Shown: piece by piece, positions 13,367 through 26,039 of the stretch
How the letters are laid out: every line of letters starts with the position of its first letter
How positions within the stretch are numbered: position 1 is the first letter of the stretch
DNA from: Mytilus californianus
Lineage: Eukaryota
Assembly: GCF_021869535.1 (NCBI RefSeq)
Contig: NW_026262679.1
Span: 92,839,982-92,903,981 of the forward strand
DNA: 64,000 bases
Direction of reading: 5' to 3'
Made by a program: the position numbers and the translations under genes
The notes under the pieces: generated by a model
What the model was told of the DNA's origin: nothing
What the model saw: the letters and a program-made list of their open reading frames with translations, nothing else
Databases searched by the model: none

Positions 13367-14239
13367 TAATTTAATTCTTTATTCCATTTTAAACCGGAGT
13401 AAATCATGAAAAAACGTTGACGACGTCACGGTCACATGACAAAATTATGTCTATGAGCTGATAAACAAAACAACGTCAGCCAATCAGAAGACGCGTTACA
13501 TCCAAAATTAAATTATTGAAAAATATTCCAACTCATGATATTAACTCATGCGCTATTAACATTCTTGAATTAATTTGTTGTTTGGTCACATGTTGAATAT
13601 TTTTCTATATTTGAATTCTTGGATTTGTTATTCTATAAATAATAGTTGTTTATCCCCACATCTTCAGTCTCTGATGGATAGTTGTCTCATACCACATTTC
13701 TTCAAATTTTATATTCAGATTATTCTGCATCTTTTTTGTAAAAATGAAACCATAAACACATTCAACATTTAACTGTAAAAAGTGTGTTGTTGTATGAACT
13801 ACTAATTGGCAAAAACATTTAGGTGACCAATAATTGTTTTACGTGAATTTTACTGTATGAATAGAATTTTTAGTTTTATATTGGATTCTTCTTGACTGCA
13901 TTCATGGTTTTGAAAGAAATTGAATTTAAGTGAAAAAAGCAAATAACAAATCTATACTTTCCAATCACTGTTTACATGTACTGAACAAGCTGTTGAAAAT
14001 GAGTCCATTCATGATAATTGACAACTTATTTGCTATTATCTTAGGAAGAATCAATATGAAAATGATATATCTGACACTGAAAATCCTCAGATTGCAGATG
14101 TTTATCAGCTTGTTATATTTTTAGAAACTGACCTTCTTTCCAAAGGGGAGGAGTTCATGTGGCAGGTACTGACCATTCCTGAAATACTGTTCTTCATTAC
14201 GTTACGTACAGATAGGCCAAAATTCATCATTTAAGCTAA

Positions 14240-14480
14240 AGCGCTATTTTTTATGCCCCCACTGTTCTATACTATAGTCCTGGAAAAATTGCTGAATTTT
14301 TTGTTTTTGCTCTCTAACTTTAGTTTGCCTGAACCAAATGTTATGAAACTTATACACAATGCTTATTACAATAAAACACAGATCAAGTTTGAATTTGGGT
14401 GGCGTCACTTTTACAGTTCTTTAGTTATGTTTCTTTATAATGTTATATGCAAGCAGGGGCATCATCTGTGTTCCATGGAC
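14240..14480 (+). mobile_element. Second solo copy of the 'ttttttatgccccc...ctctaactttagtttgcc...tatgaaacttatacacaatgct...gaatttggg...gcaggggcat' non-autonomous family (see 7040-7300)
   Basis: It aligns motif-by-motif with 7040-7300. The ORF at 14253-14567 is an artefact. Confidence 0.5.
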
Positions 14481-15519
14481 ATATTCTCCATTTATTTATT
14501 AAATTTTTATTTGTTTTGTTATTTAACTTTCTTCCATGCACATATATCTAATCTTTTACAACCCTGATAAACATGGTAAGTGTCAAAAAATTGAAATAAA
14601 CCATACATGTATTTAATAAAACAATATTCCAAAGTTTCCAGGAACTTCAATATAAGTGCAAAACCATATTCCATAATATCTAACAATTTCATCATAACCA
14701 TTGTTAACATGTAAATTAAATGGATTTTATTTTAAGGAAATGTATTGGTTGAATAGGTAGACAGGGGAAAAGGATATTTAGTGGATATACATATAGAACA
14801 TAGATGACTTTCACATTCCTGCATTTACCCAAACATTCTTAATGTCACTATGCTAATATTATTACATCACAGTAAGAGTCTATGTTCACAATGTTATTAA
14901 TGCCAATCAACCTCTGGATAAAGTAAATTTAAAGGAACTAAAAATTTGTCTATTTCCAAATATACTCGGAAATAACTGTAATTTTTGCAACGCAGGAATA
15001 GTGCTATTATTACTGTTTTTCATCTGGGTAGTCGTAATCCATTGGAAGGTCTTCCAAGAACTCTCAACTTTAAGCAAGATCAGTTTTGCCCTTATGGTCT
15101 ACTGTTATAACTAAAAAATTTACACAATCGTTTTGAAGCTACTTGTACAGTAGTTGTCAAAAAAAAAGCATAAATTATGAATACACCCTGCTGTGTTGCC
15201 AAATAGTAAGGTTTCCAAGTCTTAACTAAAGTTATAAGCATTTAAATTCCATTCATGGAATTAGACTGACCTTGGAACAAAGAGTACGTATCCATTAGTC
15301 TTAGCAGATGTGATGTATTTGTTTAACATTATGACTTTCACCAGAGGTTATTCAATCCTTGCACAGGGAGAGTTAATGTAAATCTAAAATCTCTCTGGAC
15401 ATGAGAGAGATTATCCAGAATGAAAGCTATTATCAAGATATGAAATATTTACTGGCAACATGGAATTCTATATTGATTTTTCCTTGTTCCATGCATTTGA
15501 AGTAAATGGTTCACAAAAT

Positions 15520-15720
15520 TGTAATTTTTTTATGGTACACGTTGCATATACATGTACTAGTAATAAAATTATGGTGGATATAATAATATATTTAACCATA
15601 GATGAAAGAATAAGTTGTCCTAAATAGATGATAATGATTTTTTGATTGAATATAAGAATTTATTCTGTTGACAGTTTGTAAGTTCAAATAAATGTGGGCC
15701 AAGATGAGAGTCTTTCTTTT
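15520..15720 (+). repeat. Roughly 200-bp segment directly repeated at 19030-19230 ('tacatgtactagtaataaaattatggtggatataataatatatttaaccatagatg...gttcaaataaatgtgggccaagatgagagtctttc'). The pair brackets the composite element region.
   Basis: Both copies are read directly with about 90% identity and the same orientation. They lie 3.5 kb apart and enclose 15780-18960. Confidence 0.75.
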
Positions 15721-15779
15721 AAAAGTATGGCAAGTTTTGTTATGTGGGATAATTTCATCACAAAGGCCACCTATAGACC

Positions 15780-16200
15780 ATTTTTAGCTCACCTGGCCTA
15801 AAAGGCCAAGTGAGCTTTACTCATCATCTCCTCTGAAACTACGGGGCCAAATTTAACCAAACTTGGCCACAATCATCATGAGGGTATCTAGTTTAAAAAA
15901 TGTGTCTGATGACCCTGCCTGCCAAACAACATGGCCGACATGGCTAAAAATAGAACATAGGGGTAAAATGCAGTTTTTGGCTTATATCTCTGAAACTAAA
16001 AGCAAATGAGGTAAAAATGTTTATCAGGTTTAGATCTATCTGCCCTGAAATTTTCAGACGAATCAGACAACCTGTTGTTTGGTTGCTGCCCCTGAATTGG
16101 TAATTTTAAGGAAATTTTGCAGTTTTTGGTTATTATCTTAAATATTATTATAGATAGAGATAAACTGTAAACAGCAATAATGTTCAGCAAAGTACGATCT
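15780..16200 (+). mobile_element. Repeat unit beginning with a 13-bp-stem hairpin 'tagctcacctggcc-taaaa-ggccaagtgagct' (15787-15818). A related copy in the same orientation lies at 18590-18960 ('gggccaaat..aaccaaacttggcc..atcat..agggtatct..gatgaccctgcc..acatggccg.catggctaaaaata').
   Basis: The two segments share a colinear set of motifs. The hairpin is read directly, with one mismatch in the stem. Confidence 0.5.
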
Positions 16201-16259
16201 ACAAATAAGTCAATATGACCAAAATTGTCAATTGACCCCTAAAGAAGTTATTGTCCTTT

Positions 16260-16323
16260 ATAGTCAATTTTTCGTAAATTTTTATACGACCGCAAAAAAA
16301 TTTTTGTGGTCGTATATTGGTAT

Positions 16324-16380
<57 letters not shown>

Positions 16381-18580
16381 CGGCGTCGTCCGAAGACACA
16401 TTGGTTTTCGCACTCTAACTTTAGTTTAAGTGAATGGATCTCTATGAAATTTTACCATAAGGTTCAATACCACAAAAGGAAGGTTGGGATTGATTTTGGG
16501 GGTTATGGTACCAACAGTAAAGGAATTAGGGGCCAAAAGGGGCCAAAAATAAGCATTTTTGTAACTTCCAGACATAACTTGTGTGTTAGTGTATGGATCT
16601 CTCTGACATTGTACCACAAGGTTCCATATCACAAAAGGAATGCTGGGATTGATTTTGGGGGTAATTGCCTCAAGATTTTAGGAATTAGGGGCCAAAAAAG
16701 GGGCAAAAAACAAGCATTTTTCTAGTTTCATGATAATAACTTGTGTGTAAGTGTATGGATCTTTCTGAATTTGTACTACAAGGTTCCATATCACAAAGGG
16801 AAAGCTGGAATTGAGTTTGGGGGTAATTGCCCAAAACGTTTAGGAATAAGGGGCCAAAAAGGGGCCAAAAATAAGCATTTTTCTAGTTTCCAGACAATAA
16901 CTTGTGTTAAAGTGTATGGATCTCTCTGAAATTGTACCACAAGGTTCCATATCACACAGGGAATGCTGGGATTGATTTTGGGGGTAATTGCCTCAAAATA
17001 TTAGGAATTAGGGGCCAAAAAAGGGGCAAAAAACAAGCATTTTTCTAGTTTCATGATAATAACTTGTGTGTAAGTGTATGGATCTTTCTGAAATTGTACT
17101 ACAAGGTTCCATATCACAAAGGGAAAGCTGGAATTGAGTTTGGGGGTAATTGCCCTAAATGTTTAGGAATTTGGGGCCAAAAAGGGGCCAAAAAACACAT
17201 TTTTTTTAGTTTCCAGACAATAACTTGTGTTCAAGTGTATGGATCTCTCTGAAATTGTACTGCAAGGTACCATACCACAAAGGGAAGGCTGGGATTGAGT
17301 TTGGGGGTGATGAATCATAAGAGAGTTCAAAAGATTTGGGGGGGGGGGATTTTTTTTTTTCCTTTTTTTTCTTTTTTTCCTTTTTTTTTTCTTTTAAAAT
17401 TTTCCATTTTAAGTTGGTTATTTCTGATTTATATTTAAAAGCAAATAATAATGATATGGTAGGAGATACACACCAAACAGGATGTGTAAATTTTTATATA
17501 ATAAGTATTGTGCAATAGCAAGAAATTTTCAATTGCACAGTATTGCACAATAGCAAGAAATCTTCAATTGCACAGTATTGCGCAATAGCAAGAAATCTTC
17601 AATTGCACAGTATTGCGCAATAGCAAGAAATATCCAATAGCACAATATTGCGCAATAGCAAGAAATTGTTAATTGTACAGTATTGCGCAATAGCAGGAAA
17701 TATTCAATTGCACAGTATTGTGCAAAAGAAGATACTTCGTATAAATTGCTTATTTCTTGACCAATTTCAATGGGGTTTTATTCTTGAATTCTTGGGGTTC
17801 TTTAATATGCTGAATCTAACCGTGTATTAAGTTTTTGGATTTTGGGCGCCGTTTTTAAATTGGTCCACATTGAGGTCCAAAGGGTCCAAAATTAAACTTT
17901 GTTTGATTTCATCAAAAATTAAATTATTGGGGTTCTTTGATATGCCGAATCTAACCGTGTATTTAGATTCTTAATTTTTGGTTCCGTTTTCAAATTGGGT
18001 CTACATTAAGGTCCAAAGGGTCCAAAATTAAACTTAGTTTGATTTTAACAAAAATTGAATTCCAGGGGTTCTTTGATATGCCGAATCTAAACATGTATTT
18101 AGATTTTTGATAATGGGCCCAGTTTTCAAGTTGGTCCAAATCGGGGTCCAAAATTAAACTTTGTTTGATTTCAACAAAAATTGAATATATGGGGTTCTTT
18201 GATATGCTGAATCTAACCATGTATTTAGATTTTTGATTTTTGGGCCCCGTTATCAACTTTGTCCACATTGAGGTCAAAAGGGTCCAATATTAAACTTTGT
18301 TTGATTTCATCAAAAATTGAATTCTTGGGGTTCTTTGATATGCTGAATCTAACCATGTATTTAGATTTTGGATATTGGACCATAATAGGTGAATGTCCAA
18401 TTTAAAATTTTTAAGTTCTTAGACCACATTCATTCTGTGTCAGAAACCTATGCTGTGTCAAATATTTAATCACAATCCAAATGCAAAGCTGTATCAAGCT
18501 TGAATGTTGTGTCCATACTTGCCCCAACTGTTCAGGGTTCGACCTCTGCGGTCGTATCAAGCTGCGCCCTGCGGAGCATT
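16260..18580 (+). mobile_element. Composite non-autonomous 'pearl'/Helentron-like element, copy A, laid out as follows:
- 5' hairpin 'tatacgaccgcaaaaaaatttttgtggtcgtata' (16283-16318)
- (GTC)19 (16324-16380)
- about 5.7 units of a roughly 160-bp tandem repeat (16400-17325)
- G/T homopolymer block (17334-17400)
- 7 units of a 32-bp repeat 'cacagtattgcgcaatagcaagaaatcttcaattg' (17500-17720)
- 5 units of a roughly 131-bp repeat (17760-18400)
- conserved 3' terminus '...ccccaactgttcagggttcgacctctgcggtcgtatcaagctgcgccctgcggagc' (18520-18578)
   Basis: All sub-arrays are read directly, with 161-bp spacing between 16741 and 17064 over two units. The 3' motif 'tgcggtcgtata' is the reverse complement of the 5' 'tatacgaccgca'. 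The same architecture recurs at 40226-44190. The ORFs at 16199-16399 (poly-Arg), 16232-16429 (poly-Ser), 16306-16725 (poly-Val), 16741-16929 and 17064-17252 are repeat artefacts. Confidence 0.7.
16324..16380. repeat. (GTC)n microsatellite, 19 units
   Basis: Read directly. Confidence 0.95.
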
Positions 18581-19554
18581 TTATTTAAATCTTTTACAAA
18601 AATCTTCTTCACTTAATCTACTGGGCCAAATAGAATTAAACTTTGCCACAATTTTCAATAGGGTATCTTGATTGCAAAATGTATCCGATGACCCTGCCAT
18701 CCAACTGACATGGCCGCCATGGCTAAAAATAAAATTTGGGGGTTCACTATAGAAGTCTAAGGGAAAATCAAAAAACAATTTCAAATGGTCTCAACTTGAA
18801 AACTAATTTAAATAATGATAAGGGGTCTTCAGTAACTATTGTAAGACTAAAATAGGATGACCTGCTTTTAAATTATTTAATTTAACTAATGGGCCAAATT
18901 AAACCAAACTTGGCCTCAATCATTATTAGGGTATCTAATACTGTTTATTATGATTTTAACCTAATTTTACATGATTTCCAATAACACAGTCGATACAGGT
19001 GAGCAACACAGGCTCTTGAGAGCCTCTAGTTTATGGTACACTTTGCAAATACATGTACTGGTAATAAAATTATGGTGGATATAATAATATATTTAACCAT
19101 AGATGCAAGGATAAGTTCTCCTAAATAGATGATAATGATTTTTTATTGAATATTTATATATATATAAGTGTTTGTTCTGGTGACAGTTTGCAAGTTCAAA
19201 TAAATGTGGGCCAAGATGAGAGTCTTTCATTTGACAGTGGTGAAACAGCACAACATAAGAACAAACTATAAAAATCAGTTGAAAAAAGCTTTAACTCATC
19301 AGATCAATACAAAGCAGGAAAACATCAAACAAAAACACAGACTGGACGTGGCAGGGTATTTATCCATCCCTCATCCCTAACAACAAAAAGACACCAAGTA
19401 CAGAAGTCAGTTTTGCTGATTCACTTGCAATAGAAAAACTCAAGTTTTGAAAAGATTCCAATAGACAACAACCCAACAACAAAATGAAACAAAAGAGATT
19501 ACTAGAGATCAGCATAGGGTCTTTAGTACCAGAAAAGTGTTCTAGTTCAGACTA

Positions 19555-19704
19555 AGACCCCGTTCACACAAGCTTTTTTTGAATTGATCTAAATTTGAAT
19601 CTATCTAAATAAAACCAGTTAGCGTTCACATTATAAATCGATCTAAAGTGAACCGATCTTACTAGTTTAAATCTATCTAAATGTCCAAGTGTGAACGGGT
19701 TCTA
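19555..19704. mobile_element. Small MITE of about 150 bp with 15-bp TIRs (agaccccgttcacac / gtgtgaacgggttct) and internal short direct repeats ('atctaaat')
   Basis: The TIRs are read directly with one mismatch. Confidence 0.55.
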
Positions 19705-21574
19705 TGTGTCAAACTCTAAGCCTCCTCCTAACAACTGACAATATATGCTTCAGAGAATAATACACCATGCGATACTAGTGAATCCGTTATTTTAACTTGC
19801 CGGAGATTTTCTGCAGATCTTAAATCAGACAGAGAACTGTAGATTGAATGACTTTGATTTTGAGGAAGAAAGTTATACAGATTTGTGTAATGTTGACTTA
19901 CATGATGAAAATACTTGTGAACTAATATTTCTGAATGTTATATCATTATTTAAATCACAAATATTGGTGTTAAATATTTCTGTCGTATGTTTATAATTCA
20001 TCAAACAAGTCATATTCTAAATGGGAGATGAAACAAAGAGCTCTGTACTTTGATATGGGTTATATATATACTAAGTATATTTATTTATTTCATCTTTGTT
20101 ACTGAGTTATTTCAGGTCTAAGCCTAAGGATATGACCAATTATTGACCTAAGCCATTATTCACCGTCAGTAAACTTCCTACATATTGGCTAATATCGCTT
20201 ATGTACATTAATTAATATTGTAGTACTTTCAGATAATGAATATTGGAATATATGATTTGTTGCTTAATTTAGACATAGATGATCCATTTACATACATGTA
20301 ATTGATGAGATGAAGGTATTAAGGGGGGGAAACACACCTGAAATAAGTAAATACTGTCTGGTGTCAAATGAAATGTATATTTGTACATGTTAAATGTTCG
20401 TCACAGGCAATGTGTGAAAATAAGAGTCTGATATCTGCAGCTGGAAATTTTTCCTTTTTTGCCAGATACTGTGTGAATTTGCTGATCTTTTCTCCCAGCA
20501 TTTCAAGTCTTGTTTTATAAGGCTTACAAATTCTACAATTAAGCTCTAGAAGTCGGGTTATTAAAAAAAGAAGACATTTTGAACACAGGTGGTGGTTGTT
20601 GTCACTAGTTGAGCAGATACTTATTTGGATGAGCCTCAGTCTTTGGTGGTATTATCACAATCATTAGTTGTCTGTGTTTTGTGGACTGTTTTTAGGCTTT
20701 TTCCTTTTGGCAAAAGTGTTGGTTTTTCTTTGACATGGTTTTTGATTACACCAATGGTATCTTCTTGTTTTCTGAAAGTTTTACTGGATTTAAAGTCATG
20801 AGGTTTTTGTAATCCATTTGACAATAGGAATGATTGGAACAGTCTTCTTCCCCGTTTTTGGAGTTTTTATTATATATAATATCAAAAAATAGGTTTGGCA
20901 TAAAACAACAAATAGGTTTCTTAGATCTTACTACAATGCTTTATATGTGAAGTGAATATCCAAACAGGATCTATATTAGTATACCTAGATATATAAATAA
21001 AAGTAAACAAATTCCTCTGAATCTGACATTTTATATGAAATATGTAAGTAAACCAATTACATAAATCTTAGAATTTTTATACAAAGTATGTACAGTATAC
21101 CTTAAACAACAATTTTTTTTACATATGAAGTTTTACATTTGTAATTTTGTGAATTGTTTAAAAATTGATTTAATTAAAATTTTTCTTTTCAAATAAACTA
21201 AGCAATATAATTTTCATAATCTTATCTGAAGTTGTCTAATATTCTGAGTTTTTTATAGACCGATTCTGTGCTAGGCTGAGTTTGTGAGGTCGATTTTGTT
21301 ATAGGCTGAGTTTGTTTTAGTCTGAGAATGTTATTGGCCGAGTCATTAGGGAGTCGAGCGGAAGTAGTAGTCATAATATTAGTAACTGATGGTAATGACA
21401 GAAAGGATTATTTCCCAACTAACCTAAAATGGATATTTGTTAGGAAAGATAAGACTACAGTTTGTATACTACTCTTAGGGTATAGAGCCTATTGATTTAT
21501 GTAATCTAGAAGTCATCAGGTTGCTGTCCTATTGACATATATCCCCCACTTCACCTTTTATTCATATGTATGTC

Positions 21575-21782
21575 CACTGTGTATCATCACCACCGGATAT
21601 AGGTAACCTTGGCCTGGTTCTCTGTTCATTGTCTAAGAAAAACTACATTACTGTACATATACCAAAATATTGGTACCCAGGTAGCTATACACTGGTACGT
21701 GTACAGTAATGTTGTATTTCTTAGACAATGAACAGAGAACCAGGCCAAGGTTACCTATATTGGGTGGTGATGATACACAGTG
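21575..21782. repeat. Long near-perfect palindrome with arms of about 90 bp and a spacer of about 30 bp. Example arm: 'caccaccggatataggtaaccttggcctggttctctgttcattgtctaagaaaaactacattactgtaca'.
   Basis: The left arm 21575-21662 is the reverse complement of the right arm 21697-21782, with very few mismatches. Confidence 0.8.
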
Positions 21783-24700
21783 ATGTCTGTCAGTAGCCAC
21801 TTGTCATTATAACTCATAATAAATGCTGTATAGGCTTTTTGCTACCTCTAGTTTTGAAGTTAGTAAAAGATGATCAGCATATGATCACTTAGGTATGACA
21901 TTGTTCCCAATTTCTACACCTATGGTCTAAAAATGTTTTGCTTAGGTATGTTTAACAAGAAGACGGATGTTAGAATGTTAAGGTCTGACACATGTACCCT
22001 ATTAGGTTATATGATGTATGTAGTCCATTTCTTTTAACTGACATATTAAGGTCAAGACTTCTATTTCAGAGGTGTGAGTTAATGAGTTTTGGGTCAATTT
22101 GTAACTATATATGGTGAAAGAATTTATATATAACAGTTTACTAACTGTGTCTTACAACATGTACAATATATGTCTCAATATATTAACAGTCAAACCTGTT
22201 ACAAGATTTAGCATGCATATGTTGAGCTAATCTTACAATTGTTCAAATTGTTTGAGGGCCTCAGTCCTGTTAATGTTAGGCAACTCACACAAGTTTTGAC
22301 GATTTTCACTTAGTTACTGTATAATTCATTATTCTTTCATTCCTCTATATAACTTTCATCAATCACCTTTGAATATTGAATTTGGTTGAAAATAGTGACA
22401 AACTAATTAAGTGTTATATTCATAGCTGATGGTTTAATGGTGTCAGTTCCACATATAAACATTTCCAGAAATTTGGATTTCCATGTGCAAAATTGATGCT
22501 GATAATATGTTTTAGTCAGAATTCTAAGACAAAGCAAGGTTTCTGAAAACCAAACCATAATATAGTGGTTAGCCAAGTTATCCTCTGGAAAAGGGGGAGA
22601 ATCTGACTTCATTAATCATATGCTTGAAAAAATGTGATCAAAAGAAAACAAACTTCCTAATAAATTACATGTGTTTGCTTTGACAGTGGATTCTTGTATA
22701 TATACATGTAGCTGGCATATTCCTCTTCTTGTCCTTGGAGATAAACAAATATGTTTCAGGCTGACTGTACATAATTATATTTGCCAATGTCAACAAATAT
22801 TCACAGAAATTATATGAAAAGAAATCTATGTATTTTGAAATTGATTTCTCTTTTGAAACTATACAATAACAATGATTAGACATACACCATTCACTCATTG
22901 TGAAATATATACGGCTATATTTATTCAAACATTCAAACGCTTGACCTCCATCTAAGAATAAAGATTATGTTTTTCTTATTCGAAACCAATCAATAATATC
23001 AAAATTGTATCTGACACAACATGTGATGTGGAAGTTAGAAATTCTTGTTTGAAATTAAAATTTCCTTCCATTATTTCATAACATATTGGATGATGAAGTT
23101 ATGACCTAGTTATCTGACTTATTGATGATGTGTTGTGAAATATGTTCAAGATTTAAATGTTTGTCATGAGTAAACAGTCCCAGTTACTAGACAAACATTT
23201 TGCGTACATGTAAAGGGTGGGTTAAGTACATTTCTGAGTATTAAATCAAGTTTATATTTATTTGTCCTTGGGTAAACTTCCTCCTGCTTGTTCTTTCATT
23301 AAAAAATTTAGAATCTCAATTTAATTATGACATAAAAATTACGTTTAAAAGGAAATATTCATCTGTTGACAGGATGTTATGTGATCATTGATTTCTCCAC
23401 CTACACTGGATTAGTAACAGTGAAAACCTTCATTACTATAACAAAGATTGCGCCACATTTTGTGGCATCTGTCAAGGTGTGGGGTTTGTTTGCGTCTCTC
23501 ACGAATTTAAATATTCTTTTGTCTAGTATGTTTAAAGCAGAGCATTTCATAAATTTATGATTCAGTTTTTATCATTGTTGCTTGGTTAAAAGCAGTCCTT
23601 GGAAACACTCTTGAGTTCTGTAATTATGAGTAATGAGAATCAGGCATGGCTTAAATGTAATGCAACAGGCTGAGAATTACAAGAAAACAAGGAAATTGTG
23701 GATTGTTTGAAAAAGACATAAAAATATACCTGTTTAGGAAATCAGTTCATTTTGGTTCATTTATTTTGTATTTGTTTATTTTAAAATATGTAGTATGTTT
23801 AAACTAAAGGAAGACATGCTTTTGATGGTCATGTTTTGATCAGGAAGAGACTTGACTGAATAAACAGGAAAACCCTGTATAAACAACTGTCTCCCTTCCC
23901 TTTTTCTCCACAATAAAGCTCTAGAGTACATGGATTGTTTATTAGTTTAAAGATAATTTGTGAGAGCTTTTCCTAGAATTTGAATTTTCCACTAAAGCAT
24001 TGGTATCGATTAGGGATAAAAATCCTTCATTTAAATATATAAATATTAGCATAGTGCAATATGTTGCCAAATGGAATTTAATATTTTTAAATTTAATATG
24101 ATACTTAAAAATGAAGTGAGCTGGTGCATGTACATATATTATTGAATATTATTAAAATCACTAAACAATCAAATTCTTCCTTTTCCTCAATCTTTCACAA
24201 CTAGATATGATTTTTTTTTATTAAACCTTTCTTTAAAAAGCATACCCCATCATCATGATCATGGTAAAATCATTTTTTTTTTCAAATCTGATAGAAGACT
24301 TTTCATTTAAAAAAAGCCTTTTCATCCAGCAACGCATTACATAATCATGAGATGTTTCTTAGTTTTTTCCGTCCCAGGGTCAAATGTTGTGTGGTGAGAC
24401 ATATAATTAAATATGCTTATCTAGCATGTTTAGTGACAATGTTAATTTTGTTTTGCATGCAATGATAGTCGTGGTAGGCTAGACATTCATATTACTTTTC
24501 CTTTTGCAGCAACACCTGCATTACCAATTTGCAAATAATCTCGTTATATATCATCTTCTCTTTGACTTGATCTTATCCTCTTTTACCTTAGAATACCAAA
24601 AAATTGTACAGAGGTAGTTTATGATGAGACCTTGTTACCTGACCTTGACTAAATTTTCATACTCCAGTGGGCTGGTAAATTTTTCAGGATTAAGTCATTA

Positions 24701-26039
24701 GCCCAGTGGTTGGGTTGTTTTCAGGATGAGGTTCCTTAGTAATTCTGTTTATAAGTCACTGATAACAGATATTTGGAATATATGTCTGTCTGTTTTATGT
24801 CAAATGACCCTGACGGTCTGACCTCACACTCTAATGTCACAGTGGGTTTTGAAGAGGTCACATGTAGTTTGAGGATGAGATCTGTTCCTCAGTAAGTACA
24901 CATGATAGGACAACAATATTTTGTACCAGTATGTGGTATAGTTGTGACCTCAATTTCAGGTTTCAGTGAAATTATTAGGTTCTAAGACAGTGTTTGTCTC
25001 TCAGTAAATGTCAGTAATTGGTCAACTATATTTGATCTTTAGAATCATTGTTACAATGTATGTGTAAATGTCTGTCCAACAGGTTTAACCTGACCTTGAC
25101 CTCATTTTCATGGTTCAGTGAATCAGATTTTGCTTATTAATTCTGTTACTTACTTGTTAGATTCAATACCTGTAGTCTATTATATGTTCCTGTTTCAACA
25201 TATCATTCAGTCATAATCATTTACATGAGACATTTCTGTGTGTCCTCTTTCGTTATTAATTTGTTTTTATGGTTATTATAATATTGTGGTTTTCTTGTAG
25301 GCATTATGATCTATCTTTAATGACATTTTTTTGCTGCATGTGATAATTGTTAAATTTACTAAGCTAGATTTGTTTGCATTTAGGGTTTCCGCAATTTTTT
25401 TGTTTATTCATAAGGCTTAATTAGTATGAGTCATTTACATGTATGGTTAATATGAAAAAATTGTGGACAGACAACATTTCATCATGTATCCAAAGTTGTA
25501 TTTTGAAATTCTTTGTTTGATAAGTACATTTTAATCTAATTTAAACTTAATTATCATAAAATTGTCATCTTCAGTGACAAACAGAGATATAGTAAACTAG
25601 AAATAATGTCCTTGTTACAATTTAATGCACATATTTTATTTATTTATAAACTGCATATTTCACCAATATGAGTCAAGCATATATAACACAATTACATGTT
25701 ACAGTAGCAGTACTTGAAGCTACAATGTATTCAGTTTGTAAAGGGACCAGAAGATATTTCTGATGCTCAGCTGAAAATGATTGATGAGAATTTATCAAGT
25801 CGGATAAGTCCAGTTGCAGGAATCCATCTGAAAGTGTATGTTTGCAAACATTTAAAGAGAATTTTTGCTATCTTAGTTTATAAAAGCTATTTTTACATTG
25901 TCTGAATATCAGAATCCAGTCTCAGACTATATTACAGCACTTTTTTAAGAAGAAAGACAACTCTAGCAGATTTGTTCATTTATGAACTATAAGTTACAGT
26001 CTAATGGTCACATGGTCACTTATGAAGTTGCTTCTTAAG

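Noticed and set aside
16199-16725. ORFs encoding poly-Arg, poly-Ser and poly-Val, plus the 139-aa ORF at 16306-16725
   Set aside because: They are translations of the (GTC)19 microsatellite and the 160-bp tandem array in different frames. They are not genes.
20400-20560. Minus-strand stretch translating to 'CKPYKTRLEMLGEKISKFTQYLAKKEKFPAADIRL', considered as a possible exon
   Set aside because: It has no recognisable domain, no convincing splice sites, and is short. Homology cannot be checked without a database search.
25714-25905. 63-aa ORF in a + strand region with an acceptor-like 'acag' and a GT after '...catctgaaa', considered as an extra exon of the amine oxidase gene
   Set aside because: The exons at 3644-3773 and 31703-31820 are directly contiguous in the conserved protein (KVIR|TRWG) with matching phases. 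The ORF shows no amine-oxidase motifs.
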